Positions 25,601 to 39,039 of a stretch of DNA of 64,000 bases are shown in pieces. Made by a program: the position numbers and the translations under genes. Each line of letters starts with the position of its first letter. The first letter of the stretch is position 1. Origin of the DNA: Nemertoderma westbladi (taxonomy: Eukaryota > Animalia > Xenacoelomorpha); contig JAUCBJ010006854.1 of NCBI GenBank assembly GCA_032718475.1, positions 1 through 64,000 on the forward strand, written 5' to 3'. The notes under the pieces were generated by a model. The model searched no databases, was not told the DNA's origin, and was given only the letters and a program-made list of their open reading frames with translations.

Positions 25601-28600
25601 CGTAGCAAACTGAGTGATTACTTTATCCCATAGCCTACTGAGTGATTACTTTGTCCGGTAACCAAGTGAGTGATTACTTTGTCCCGTAGCAAACTGAGTG
25701 ATTACTTTGTCCCGTAGCAAACTGAGTGATTACTTTGTCCCGTAGTCTATTGCGTGATTACTTTGTCCCATAGCCTACTGAGTGATTACTTTGTCCCGTA
25801 GCCAAGTGAGTGATTACTTTGTCCCGTAGTCTATTGAGTGATTACTTTGTCCTGTAGCAAACTGAGTGATTACTTTATCCCATAGCCTACTGAGTGATTA
25901 CTTTGTCCGGTAACCAAGTGAGTGATTACTTTGTCCCGTAGCAAACTGAGTGATTACTTTGTCCCGTAGCAAACTGAGTGATTACTTTGTCCCGTAGTCT
26001 ATTGAGTGATTACTTTGTCCCATAGCCTACTGAGTGATTACTTTGTCCCGTAGCCAAGTGAGTGATTACTTTGTCCGGTAACCAAGTGAGTGATTACTTT
26101 GTCCCGTAGCAAACTGAGTGATTACTTTGTCCCGTAGCAAACTGAGTGATTACTTTGTCCCGTAGCAAACTGAGTGATTACTTTGTCCCGTAGTCTATTG
26201 ATTGAGTGATTACATGTCCCGTAGCAAACTGAGTGATTACTTTATCCCATAGCCTACTGAGTGATTACTTTGTCCGGTAACCAAGTGAGTGATTACTTTG
26301 TCCCGTAGCAAACTGAGTGATTACTTTGTCCCGTAGCAAACTGAGTGATTACTTTGTCCGTTAACCAAGTGAGTGATTACTTTGTCCCGTAGCAAACTGA
26401 GTGATTACTTTGTCCCGTAGTCTATTGAGTGATTACTTTTCCCATAGCCTACTGAGTGATTACTTTGTCCCGTAGCCAAGTGAGTGATTACTTTGTCCGG
26501 TAACCAAGTGAGTGATTACTTTGTCCCGTAGCAAACTGAGTGATTACGTTGTCCCGTAGTCTATTGAGTGATTACTTTGTCCCGTAGCAAACTGAGTGAT
26601 TACTTTATCCCATAGCCTACTGAGTGATTACTTTGTCCGGTAACCAAGTGAGTGATTACTTTGTCCCGTAGCAAACTGAGTGATTACTTTGTCCCGTAGC
26701 AAACTGAGTGATTACTTTGTCCCGTAGCCAAGTGAGTGATTACTTTGTCCGGTAACCAAGTGAGTGATTACTTTGTCCCGTAGCAAACTGAGTGATTACT
26801 TTGTCCCGTAGCAAACTGAGTGATTACTTTGTCCCGTAGCAAACTGAGTGATTACTTTATCCCATAGCCTACTGAGTGATTACTTTGTCCGGTAACCAAG
26901 TGAGTGATTACTTTGTCCCGTAGCAAACTGAGTGATTACTTTGTCCCGTAGCAAACTGAGTGATTACTTTGTCCCGTAGTCTATTGAGTGATTACTCTGT
27001 CCCATAGCCTACTGAGTGATTACTTTGTCCCGTAGCCAAGTGAGTGATTACTTTGTCCCGTAGTCTATTGAGTGATTACTTTGTCCCGTAGCAAACTGAG
27101 TGATTACTTTATCCCATAGCCTACTGAGTGATTACTTTGTCCGGTAACCAAGTGAGTGATTACTTTGTCCCGTAGCAAACTGAGTGATTACTTTGTCCCG
27201 TAGCAAACTGAGTGATTACTTTGTCCCGTAGCAAACTGAGTGATTACTTTGTCCCATAGCCTACTGAGTGATTACTTTGTCCCGTAGCCAAGTGAGTGAT
27301 TACTTTGTCCGGTAACCAAGTGAGTGATTACTTTGTCCCGTAGCAAACTGAGTGATTACTTTGTCCCGTAGCAAACTGAGTGATTACTTTGTCCCGTAGC
27401 AAACTGAGTGATTACTTTGTCCCGTAGTCTATTGAGTGATTACTTTGTCCCGTAGTCTATTGAGTGATTACTTTGTCCCGTAGCAAACTGAGTGATTACT
27501 TTATCCCATAGCCTACTGAGTGATTACTTTGTCCGGTAACCAAGTGAGTGATTACTTTGTCCCGTAGCAAACTGAGTGATTACTTTGTCCCGTAGCAAAC
27601 TGAGTGATTACTTTGTCCCGTAGCAAACTGAGTGATTACTTTGTCCCATAGCCTACTGAGTGATTACTTTGTCCCGTAGCAAACTGAGTGATTACTTTGT
27701 CCCGTAGCAAACTGAGTGATTACTTTGTCCCGTAGCAAACTGAGTGATTACTTTGTCCCGTAGCAAACTGAGTGATTACTTTGTCCCGTAGCAAACTGAG
27801 TGATTACTTTGTCCCGTAGCCAAGTGAGTGATTACTTTGTCCGGTAACCAAGTGAGTGATTACTTTGTCCCGTAGCAAACTGAGTGATTAATTTGTCCCG
27901 TAGCAAACTGAGTGATTACTTTGTCCCGTAGCAAACTGAGTGATTACTTTATCCCATAGCCTACTGAGTGATTACTTTGTCCGGTAACCAAGTGAGTGAT
28001 TACTTTGTCCTGTAGCAAACTGAGTGATTACTTTGTCCCGTAGCAAACTGAGTGATTACTTTGTCCCGTAGTCTATTGAGTGATTACTTTGTCCCATAGC
28101 CTACTGAGTGATTACTTTGTCCCGTAGCCAAGTGAGTGATTACTTTGTCCCGTAGTCTATTGAGTGATTACTTTGTCCCGTAGCAAACTGAGTGATTACT
28201 TTATCCCATAGCCTACTGAGTGATTACTTTGTCCGGTAACCAAGTGAGTGATTACTTTGTCCCGTAGCAAACTGAGTGATTACTTTGTCCCGTAGCAAAC
28301 TGAGTGATTACTTTGTCCCGTAGCAAACTGAGTGATTACTTTGTCCCATAGCCTACTGAGTGATTACTTTGTCCCGTAGCCAAGTGAGTGATTACTTTGT
28401 CCGGTAACCAAGTGAGTGATTACTTTGTCCCGTAGCAAACTGAGTGATTACTTTGTCCCGTAGCAAACTGAGTGATTACTTTGTCCCGTAGCAAACTGAG
28501 TGATTACTTTGTCCCGTAGTCTATTGAGTGATTACTTTGTCCCGTAGTCTATTGAGTGATTACTTTGTCCCGTAGCAAACTGAGTGATTACTTTATCCCA

Positions 28601-31600
28601 TAGCCTACTGAGTGATTACTTTGTCCCGTAGCAAACTGAGTGATTACTTTGTCCCGTAGTCTATTGAGTGATTACTCTGTCCCATAGCCTACTGAGTGAT
28701 TACTTTGTCCCGTAGCCAAGTGAGTGATTACTTTGTCCCGTAGTCTATTGAGTGATTACTTTGTCCCGTAGCAAACTGAGTGATTACTTTATCCCATAGC
28801 CTACTGAGTGATTACTTTGTCCGGTAACCAAGTGAGTGATTACTTTGTCCCGTAGCAAACTGAGTGATTACTTTGTCCCGTAGCAAACTGAGTGATTACT
28901 TTGTCCCGTAGCAAACTGAGTGATTACTTTGTCCCATAGCCTACTGAGTGATTACTTTGTCCCGTAGCCAAGTGAGTGATTACTTTGTCCGGTAACCAAG
29001 TGAGTGATTACTTTGTCCCGTAGCAAACTGAGTGATTACTTTGTCCCGTAGCAAACTGAGTGATTACTTTGTCCCGTAGCAAACTGAGTGATTACTTTGT
29101 CCCGTAGTCTATTGAGTGATTACTTTGTCCCGTAGTCTATTGAGTGATTACTTTGTCCCGTAGCAAACTGAGTGATTACTTTATCCCATAGCCTACTGAG
29201 TGATTACTTTGTCCGGTAACCAAGTGAGTGATTACTTTGTCCCGTAGCAAACTGAGTGATTACTTTGTCCCGTAGCAAACTGAGTGATTACTTTGTCCCG
29301 TAGCAAACTGAGTGATTACTTTGTCCCATAGCCTACTGAGTGATTACTTTGTCCCGTAGCAAACTGAGTGATTACTTTGTCCCGTAGCAAACTGAGTGAT
29401 TACTTTGTCCCGTAGCAAACTGAGTGATTACTTTGTCCCGTAGCAAACTGAGTGATTACTTTGTCCCGTAGCAAACTGAGTGATTACTTTGTCCCGTAGC
29501 CAAGTGAGTGATTACTTTGTCCGGTAACCAAGTGAGTGATTACTTTGTCCCGTAGCAAACTGAGTGATTAATTTGTCCCGTAGCAAACTGAGTGATTACT
29601 TTGTCCCGTAGCAAACTGAGTGATTACTTTATCCCATAGCCTACTGAGTGATTACTTTGTCCGGTAACCAAGTGAGTGATTACTTTGTCCTGTAGCAAAC
29701 TGAGTGATTACTTTGTCCCGTAGCAAACTGAGTGATTACTTTGTCCCGTAGTCTATTGAGTGATTACTTTGTCCCATAGCCTACTGAGTGATTACTTTGT
29801 CCCGTAGCCAAGTGAGTGATTACTTTGTCCCGTAGTCTATTGAGTGATTACTTTGTCCCGTAGCAAACTGAGTGATTACTTTATCCCATAGCCTAATGAG
29901 TGATTACTTTGTCCGGTAACCAAGTGAGTGATTACTTTGTCCCGTAGCAAACTGAGTGATTACTTTGTCCCGTAGCAAACTGAGTGATTACTTTGTCCGG
30001 TAACCAAGTGAGTGATTACTTTGTCCCGTAGCAAACTGAGTGATTACTTTGTCCCGTAGCAAACTGAGTGATTACTTTATCCCATAGCCTACTGAGTGAT
30101 TACTTTGTCCGATAACCAAGTGAGTGATTACTTTGTCCCGTAGCAAACTGAGTGATTACTTTGTCCCGTAGCAAACTGAGTGATTACTTTATCCCATAGC
30201 CTACTGAGTGATTACTTTGTCCCGTAGTCTATTGAGTGATTACTTTGTCCCATAGCCTACTGAGTGATTACTTTGTCCCGTAGCCAAGTGAGTGATTACT
30301 TTGTCCCGTAGTCTATTGAGTGATTACTTTGTCCCGTAGCAAACTGAGTGATTACTTTATCCCATAGCCTACTGAGTGATTACTTTGTCCGGTAACCAAG
30401 TGAGTGATTACTTTGTCCCGTAGCAAACTGAGTGATTACTTTGTCCCGTAGTAAACTGAGTGATTACTTTGTCCCGTAGTCTATTGAGTGATTACTTTGT
30501 CCCATAGCCTACTGAGTGATTACTTTGTCCCGTAGCCAAGTGAGTGATTACTTTGTCCGGTAACCAAGTGAGTGATTACTTTGTCCCGTAGCAAACTGAG
30601 TGATTACTTTGTCCCGTAGCAAACTGAGTGATTACTTTGTCCCGTAGCAAACTGAGTGATTACTTTGTCCCGTAGTCTATTGAGTGATTACTTTGTCCCG
30701 TAGCAAACTGAGTGATTACTTTATCCCATAGCCTACTGAGTGATTACTTTGTCCGGTAACCAAGTGAGTGATTACTTTGTCCCGTAGCAAACTGAGTGAT
30801 TACTTTGTCCCGTAGCAAACTGAGTGATTACTTTGTCCGGTAACCAAGTGAGTGATTACTTTGTCCCGTAGCAAACTGAGTGATTACTTTGTCCCGTAGT
30901 CTATTGAGTGATTACTTTGTCCCATAGCCTACTGAGTGATTACTTTGTCCCGTAGCCAAGTGAGTGATTACTTTGTCCGGTAACCAAGTGAGTGATTACT
31001 TTGTCCCGTAGCAAACTGAGTGATTACTTTGTCCCGTAGTCTATTGAGTGATTACTTTGTCCCGTAGCAAACTGAGTGATTACTTTATCCCATAGCCTAC
31101 TGAGTGATTACTTTGTCCGGTAACCAAGTGAGTGATTACTTTGTCCCGTAGCAAACTGAGTGATTACTTTGTCCCATAGCCTACTGAGTGATTACTTTGT
31201 CCCGTAGCAAACTGAGTGATTACTTTGTCCCGTAGCAAACTGAGTGATTACTTTGTCCCGTAGCAAACTGAGTGATTACTTTGTCCCGTAGCAAACTGAG
31301 TGATTACTTTGTCCCGTAGCAAACTGAGTGATTACTTTGTCCCGTAGCCAAGTGAGTGATTACTTTGTCCGGTAACCAAGTGAGTGATTACTTTGTCCCG
31401 TAGCAAACTGAGTGATTAATTTGTCCCGTAGCAAACTGAGTGATTACTTTGTCCCGTAGCAAACTGAGTGATTACTTTATCCCATAGCCTACTGAGTGAT
31501 TACTTTGTCCGGTAACCAAGTGAGTGATTACTTTGTCCTGTAGCAAACTGAGTGATTACTTTGTCCCGTAGCAAACTGAGTGATTACTTTGTCCCGTAGT

Positions 31601-34600
31601 CTATTGAGTGATTACTTTGTCCCATAGCCTACTGAGTGATTACTTTGTCCCGTAGCCAAGTGAGTGATTACTTTGTCCCGTAGTCTATTGAGTGATTACT
31701 TTGTCCCGTAGCAAACTGAGTGATTACTTTATCCCATAGCCTACTGAGTGATTACTTTGTCCGGTAACCAAGTGAGTGATTACTTTGTCCCGTAGCAAAC
31801 TGAGTGATTACTTTGTCCCGTAGCAAACTGAGTGATTACTTTGTCCGGTAACCAAGTGAGTGATTACTTTGTCCCGTAGCAAACTGAGTGATTACTTTGT
31901 CCCGTAGCAAACTGAGTGATTACTTTATCCCATAGCCTACTGAGTGATTACTTTGTCCGATAACCAAGTGAGTGATTACTTTGTCCCGTAGCAAACTGAG
32001 TGATTACTTTGTCCCGTAGCAAACTGAGTGATTACTTTATCCCATAGCCTACTGAGTGATTACTTTGTCCCGTAGTCTATTGAGTGATTACTTTGTCCCA
32101 TAGCCTACTGAGTGATTACTTTGTCCCGTAGCCAAGTGAGTGATTACTTTGTCCCGTAGTCTATTGAGTGATTACTTTGTCCCGTAGCAAACTGAGTGAT
32201 TACTTTATCCCATAGCCTACTGAGTGATTACTTTGTCCGGTAACCAAGTGAGTGATTACTTTGTCCCGTAGCAAACTGAGTGATTACTTTGTCCCGTAGT
32301 AAACTGAGTGATTACTTTGTCCCGTAGTCTATTGAGTGATTACTTTGTCCCATAGCCTACTGAGTGATTACTTTGTCCCGTAGCCAAGTGAGTGATTACT
32401 TTGTCCGGTAACCAAGTGAGTGATTACTTTGTCCCGTAGCAAACTGAGTGATTACTTTGTCCCGTAGCAAACTGAGTGATTACTTTGTCCCGTAGCAAAC
32501 TGAGTGATTACTTTGTCCCGTAGTCTATTGAGTGATTACTTTGTCCCGTAGCAAACTGAGTGATTACTTTATCCCATAGCCTACTGAGTGATTACTTTGT
32601 CCGGTAACCAAGTGAGTGATTACTTTGTCCCGTAGCAAACTGAGTGATTACTTTGTCCCGTAGCAAACTGAGTGATTACTTTGTCCGGTAACCAAGTGAG
32701 TGATTACTTTGTCCCGTAGCAAACTGAGTGATTACTTTGTCCCGTAGTCTATTGAGTGATTACTTTGTCCCATAGCCTACTGAGTGATTACTTTGTCCCG
32801 TAGCCAAGTGAGTGATTACTTTGTCCGGTAACCAAGTGAGTGATTACTTTGTCCCGTAGCAAACTGAGTGATTACTTTGTCCCGTAGTCTATTGAGTGAT
32901 TACTTTGTCCCGTAGCAAACTGAGTGATTACTTTATCCCATAGCCTACTGAGTGATTACTTTGTCCGGTAACCAAGTGAGTGATTACTTTGTCCCGTAGC
33001 AAACTGAGTGATTACTTTGTCCCGTAGCCAAGTGAGTGATTACTTTGTCCGGTAACCAAGTGAGTGATTACTTTGTCCCGTAGCAAACTGAGTGATTACT
33101 TTGTCCCGTAGCAAACTGAGTGATTACTTTGTCCCGTAGCAAACTGAGTGATTACTTTATCCCATAGCCTACTGAGTGATTACTTTGTCCGGTAACCAAG
33201 TGAGTGATTACTTTGTCCCGTAGCAAACTGAGTGATTACTTTGTCCCGTAGCAAACTGAGTGATTACTTTGTCCCGTAGTCTATTGAGTGATTACTTTGT
33301 CCCATAGCCTACTGAGTGATTACTTTGTCCCGTAGCCAAGTGAGTGATTACTTTGTCCCGTAGTCTATTGAGTGATTACTTTGTCCCGTAGCAAACTGAG
33401 TGATTACTTTATCCCATAGCCTACTGAGTGATTACTTTGTCCGGTAACCAAGTGAGTGATTACTTTGTCCCGTAGCAAACTGAGTGATTACTTTGTCCCG
33501 TAGCAAACTGAGTGATTACTTTGTCCCGTAGTCTATTGAGTGATTACTTTGTCCCATAGCCTACTGAGTGATTACTTTGTCCCGTAGCCAAGTGAGTGAT
33601 TACTTTGTCCGGTAACCAAGTGAGTGATTACTTTGTCCCGTAGCAAACTGAGTGATTACTTTGTCCCGTAGCAAACTGAGTGATTACTTTGTCCCGTAGC
33701 AAACTGAGTGATTACTTTGTCCCGTAGTCTATTGAGTGATTACTTTGTCCCGTAGCAAACTGAGTGATTACTTTATCCCATAGCCTACTGAGTGATTACT
33801 TTGTCCGGTAACCAAGTGAGTGATTACTTTGTCCCGTAGCAAACTGAGTGATTACTTTGTCCCGTAGCAAACTGAGTGATTACTTTGTCCGGTAACCAAG
33901 TGAGTGATTACTTTGTCCCGTAGCAAACTGAGTGATTACTTTGTCCCGTAGTCTATTGAGTGATTACTTTGTCCCATAGCCTACTGAGTGATTACTTTGT
34001 CCCGTAGCCAAGTGAGTGATTACTTTGTCCGGTAACCAAGTGAGTGATTACTTTGTCCCGTAGCAAACTGAGTGATTACTTTGTCCCGTAGCAAACTGAG
34101 TGATTACTTTGTCCCGTAGCAAACTGAGTGATTACTTTGTCCCGTAGTCTATTGAGTGATTACTTTGTCCCGTAGCAAACTGAGTGATTACTTTATCCCA
34201 TAGCCTACTGAGTGATTACTTTGTCCGGTAACCAAGTGAGTGATTACTTTGTCCCGTAGCAAACTGAGTGATTACTTTGTCCCGTAGCAAACTGAGTGAT
34301 TACTTTGTCCCGTAGCCAAGTGAGTGATTACTTTGTCCGGTAACCAAGTGAGTGATTACTTTGTCCCGTAGCAAACTGAGTGATTACTTTGTCCAGTAGC
34401 AAACTGAGTGATTACTTTGTCCCGTAGTCTATTGAGTGATTACTTTGTCCCATAGCCTACTGAGTGATTACTTTGTCCCGTAGCCAAGTGAGTGATTACT
34501 TTGTCCCGTAGTCTATTGAGTGATTACTTTGTCCCGTAGCAAACTGAGTGATTACTTTATCCCATAGCCTACTGAGTGATTACTTTGTCCGGTAACCAAG

Positions 34601-35057
34601 TGAGTGATTACTTTGTCCCGTAGCAAACTGAGTGATTACTTTGTCCCGTAGCAAACTGAGTGATTACTTTGTCCCGTAGTCTATTGAGTGATTACTTTGT
34701 CCCATAGCCTACTGAGTGATTACTTTGTCCCGTAGCCAAGTGAGTGATTACTTTGTCCGGTAACCAAGTGAGTGATTACTTTGTCCCGTAGCAAACTGAG
34801 TGATTACTTTGTCCCGTAGCAAACTGAGTGATTACTTTGTCCCGTAGTCTATTGAGTGATTACTTTGTCCCATAGCCTACTGAGTGATTACTTTGTCCCG
34901 TAGCCAAGTGAGTGATTACTTTGCCCGGTAACCAAGTGAGTGATTACTTTGTCCCGTAGCAAACTGAGTGATTACTTTGTCCCGTAGCAAACTGAGTGAT
35001 TACTTTGACCCGTAGCAAACTGAGTGATTACTTTGTCCCGTAGTCTGCTGTGTGATT
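19611..35057. repeat. 28-bp satellite array, ~550 units, with higher-order structure
   Basis: Nearly invariant TGAGTGATTACTTT followed by one of gtcccgtagcaaac, gtcccgtagtctat, atcccatagcctac, gtcccatagcctac, gtccggtaaccaag or gtcccgtagccaag. Confidence 0.99.
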
Positions 35058-35215
35058 CTCGAGTACTACGCGAGTATTTTAATGAAAAATATAGATTTCG
35101 GCGTTCTATCCACAGTTATCCGCACCAAAATTTGTCAACCAATATATAATTTCACGTGGAAGGAATTAAGCAATAATTAAGCACACAATTAATTTTGGTA
35201 AAAGTAAATGAGAGA

Positions 35216-38200
35216 TTAAGAAATACTAGAATCGGTATCAGTGTGACTGATGTCCATGGAACTGTCTGGGTTATCAGACTGTTTGTTCATACAGGTTAGT
35301 AACAAAACGGAGGAGACCAACCGATTAGTAGACTGTTCGTTATCCGAGAGAACGTTAGCTAGATGTTCGGATCTGGATCGAACCACGCGCTCCAACCCAT
35401 CATGTGCCGGCGCGGGCGGTTGGCTGCCCCGCTCCTCCCAGACCGAGCGCTGTCTGGCCTCCTGTCGCCGGGACAACTCCTCCACAGCCGAGTTGCATGC
35501 GGCGATCGCTGAGATTAACGGCTCGAGCGATCCCTCCAAGTCGCCATGGACACTCACGGACTGGTTGATGGAGGTCACTGCGCCGACTCGCAGCACCTTG
35601 GCGCTGCTTTCTAGGTGCTCCACAACCACGGATACGTCGCCGCAATCCCGCGGGACGCGCCTCTCCTCCAACCCCAGTTGCACGTGGCCGCGATGCAGGT
35701 CGCACAACGACTTCTTATCCTTCACCACGGAGGAGAGGAACTCATGCGGACGGAGTAACTTGAGTTTAACGACCCCGGCGTGGCGACTCAACACGGATTT
35801 ACTTCGCGCCTCGGTTGCGCAGTAACCGACTTTCACTTGATCCTCAATCTTGTCGCAGAACTCCAGATCGGCGAGCCACTGAGCCCGTTGCGATGCGGTG
35901 CAGTTCTGATCGAGGTCGAGTCGACTAGAAATCCGGAAGAATCGCAGGACTGCGGTGAGTTTGGTTATCGCGCGGGTGAGTCGCTTACGGGATTGCGTTA
36001 TCGGAGGGGCGAGGCGATCCAGGAAGCTGAGGAAGGCAACCTGGGACTCGAGTAATCGGCTGAAATCGGAGTAAACGCGCTCCGCGAAGCAGATCGCCCG
36101 GGAGATAAACTGCTTTCGATCCTCGTAGCTAAACGTTTTCGGGTTCCTTCTATCGAACGGAACACAAACTAATTCTTCGCGCGTCGTCGGCGCGATCGGA
36201 CTGTACGCAAATAAATATCGAACGGACGACGGCGAGTAGCGGTCCGCGCAGTAGGTGACCGCTAAATCCCCATCCAACGGCCGTTTCCCGCTTCCGGTCA
36301 ATAAAATAACATTATTACCCCGTAAACCCAGGTTGTAGGCTACCAACTCAACTACGTCGCCTATTTTGTGATTCTCGGATAACTTGTAGGTTAGGTATTG
36401 GTTTAGCGCCGGTACGTAGACGGAGAGGTTGTTAGTGGCGAGGATTCGGTCCAGAAACGCGAAACATTCCGGTCTGTCATCCTTGGCCGCGTGCTCTTTG
36501 ACACCGCGGGTTTTTGGGTTGAACCGCAACACCAGACGCAACCATTCCTCGAACTCATGGACGATGCACTCTGGGAGCTGTGTAGTCGGTGGTAGTTTAG
36601 TCAGGAATACCTGCAAGCGAAAAGTTCCATAAATCTTAAATATTACTGAAACTATTATATTATTATATTGTATCCAGGCCGCAATATTATTGAAGCTAAA
36701 GTAATAGTTTTGTTATGCTTGGAATGTCTCCTGTATATCAAATGTATTTAAGCTGAAATAACTATAGAAGGGGGGTTGTAGTAAACAACAAACAAACTAT
36801 ATCATCGGACAACCAAAGCTATATACAGTAAACGTTAAATTCTAATTGTAACTAATGCTTATAGTTGTGTTGATGTGTGTCGGCGTCAATTTACCCAAAT
36901 GAATTTGCTGAGCACAAGGTGCGAATTAATATCATTATGAAAAACACGGCCTTTTGGCTTTTATAGCCATTCCATCTGGGCCCCAAAACTTATCAACCAA
37001 TAGCCTCAATGAATGCAAACTTGGTGGTTCTAGCCAATGGAGCTTATTAGCTTCCTATTATAGTTAGGCATTCATTCAGGGTCGAGCAATGTTTATGGGT
37101 AAGCTTCGATTTGGATAAATTGGCGCTTCCAAAGTGGTTCAATATCTTGGCTCTTGTGGTAGTAGTAAATACAGGTCAAATACTTTTCCGAAAATTTCCT
37201 TTAAAAATCATATTTCCGGAAAACTCACATTCCTAGTCAAAAACGATTGGTCCATCCATTACTTACGGAACTTACCTAAAATACTTTGATAAGCAACTTA
37301 ATGCTGAATATTAATTTATTTTACTTTGTATTCTATGACATTTAAACTACCTTACCAATCCACCTCCATATAATGTAGCACATTCATCCATTCATTCCAT
37401 TTTAATTTCGGTCAAAGGATACAAATCTCTGCTGGAGATGATCATTGTAAATATATTGAAGATGCCATTCCACCCACCTTGGCGCATCTATTCTGCGCGT
37501 CCACGGTATTAACTCCTATTATCTCCTCGTCTCTCTTCTTCTCCACAGCCGCTTTCCAAGTGAGCGGCGAGTCGTCGTGGAAGAAAGGCCGTCTCCCCGT
37601 GAGACACTCGCAGACCAGGACGCCCAACGTCCAGAAGTCCACCACTTTCGTGTACTCATGTCCGCCGCCTTCGATAAGTTCCGGGGCCAAATACATCATC
37701 GTTCCCACGAAACTCTTTGCCAAGCTGTTGTCTGGGTCCAGTTGCTTCGCGTACCCGAGGTCTATCAGTTTATACACCTTGCGGTCGTCGCTGTCGATCT
37801 GAATGACCACGTTCTCCGGTTTTAGGTCTCTGGCGAATATAAAGCAAATGTTTAGTGCATACCATAATATTTTTATTTTACAGTACAGCAGTAATAGGCT
37901 ACCACTACCAGTGTCGTGTCATATACAGATATAACATATTGTATATTGTTAGAACTCCTTACTTAATTTTGCCATGGATCTACTCAGACTCAGACATACC
38001 TAGTAAATATGATAGAATTCCCGCCGCCCGGGGCATTCTAACAACATACAGCAGTACAGGCAGACAGGCACGTTGATGAATGCTGGCGCTGGGGTTGACA
38101 ACAAATGCCAACCAAATCATGAAAAATTCAAAAAATAACTAAAAATGATTTTAGTTTGCCTTTGTTAAAATTCTTCAAGTCCAGTACCGGTATTCAATCC

Positions 38201-38660
38201 AGCGGCCTGTCGGTTTTCCTTACCTGTGTATCACCCGATACCTGTGAAGATGCTCCAACCCAGAAGAAACATCCGTAACGATCGCTCGAACAGTACATTC
38301 ATCCAATCCCATGCAGGATTCCGGTTGCGAGAGAATCCGTCGGAGATCACCGCCTTTACAGAACTCCATGGCGAGGCAAGGGAGCACTGTGTAGTTGGCA
38401 GATGGTAATGGGACGAGTGCTGGAGGAACGGGGAGGGTCTTCACAACGTTGGGGTGCGGTATCAACCTATTCATTATATCAACCTCGTCGTTCCATCGTC
38501 TGCATTGACGTTCACTGGGTAGGAAACTCTTAAACTCTTTGAGTGCGAGTTCGAACTTGGATGTTTCGTTGCGGAATAATGTTACCTTCCCGATAGCTCC
38601 GGCTCCCAGAACTCGCACCTCCTGCCAGATGTCATCACTTTTGTAAAGTGGACTCGCCAT
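35216..38660 (-). CDS. IKK: IkappaB kinase (IKKalpha/beta-like), 3 exons: 38660-38224, 37829-37478, 36610-35216; ~727 aa
   Basis: Motifs LGAGAIG, ALK, RWNDEVDIMNRL..HPNVV, MEFCKGGDLR, HR|DLKPEN, DLGYAKQLDPDNSLAKSFVGT (SxxxS activation loop) and RRPF. Splice sites are canonical and phase-compatible: AG|GTAAGG ... CGCCAG|A and AAG|GTGGGT ... TTGCAG|G. Exon 3 fits ubiquitin-like plus helical scaffold domains. Confidence 0.9.
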
Positions 38661-39039
38661 TTATTTGATTACCATTACATGTACCGAGTTTCTAAATTAT
38701 ACCGTTATTCTGTATTATTCTATTTAGAATAGATCAGTAGATAGACACTCTAGACAATCCACCAATCTGCCAATCATTTTATTGATTTTAATTATCAGAC
38801 AATAACCGGAATTAAACATACTGTACAGCTGTAGGCCTAAACGATTGGCTACTCTACAGTAATACCTGAATACACAGTAATACCGGTACCGGCTGACAGG
38901 TGAGCCTACTCTTGTAAAACGAGGATCCTAGCAAAATCCGCGGATCCTGTTGCGGATCCCATAGAAGCAAATGACGGATCCCAGTGCAGCATTAGGTGTA
39001 GGATCCGCGGATCCTATTGTTCTACGCATGTCCTTAGAT

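Noticed and set aside
19611-35057. CRISPR-like constant/variable alternation
   Set aside because: The variable parts are ~6 recurring related variants rather than unique spacers, there are no cas genes, and the context is eukaryotic.
35250-36055. Antisense and alternative-frame ORFs over IKK exon 3 (similar ones over pol, GCDH, CR1 ORF2 and HS6ST)
   Set aside because: Shadow ORFs of real coding sequence with no independent motifs.
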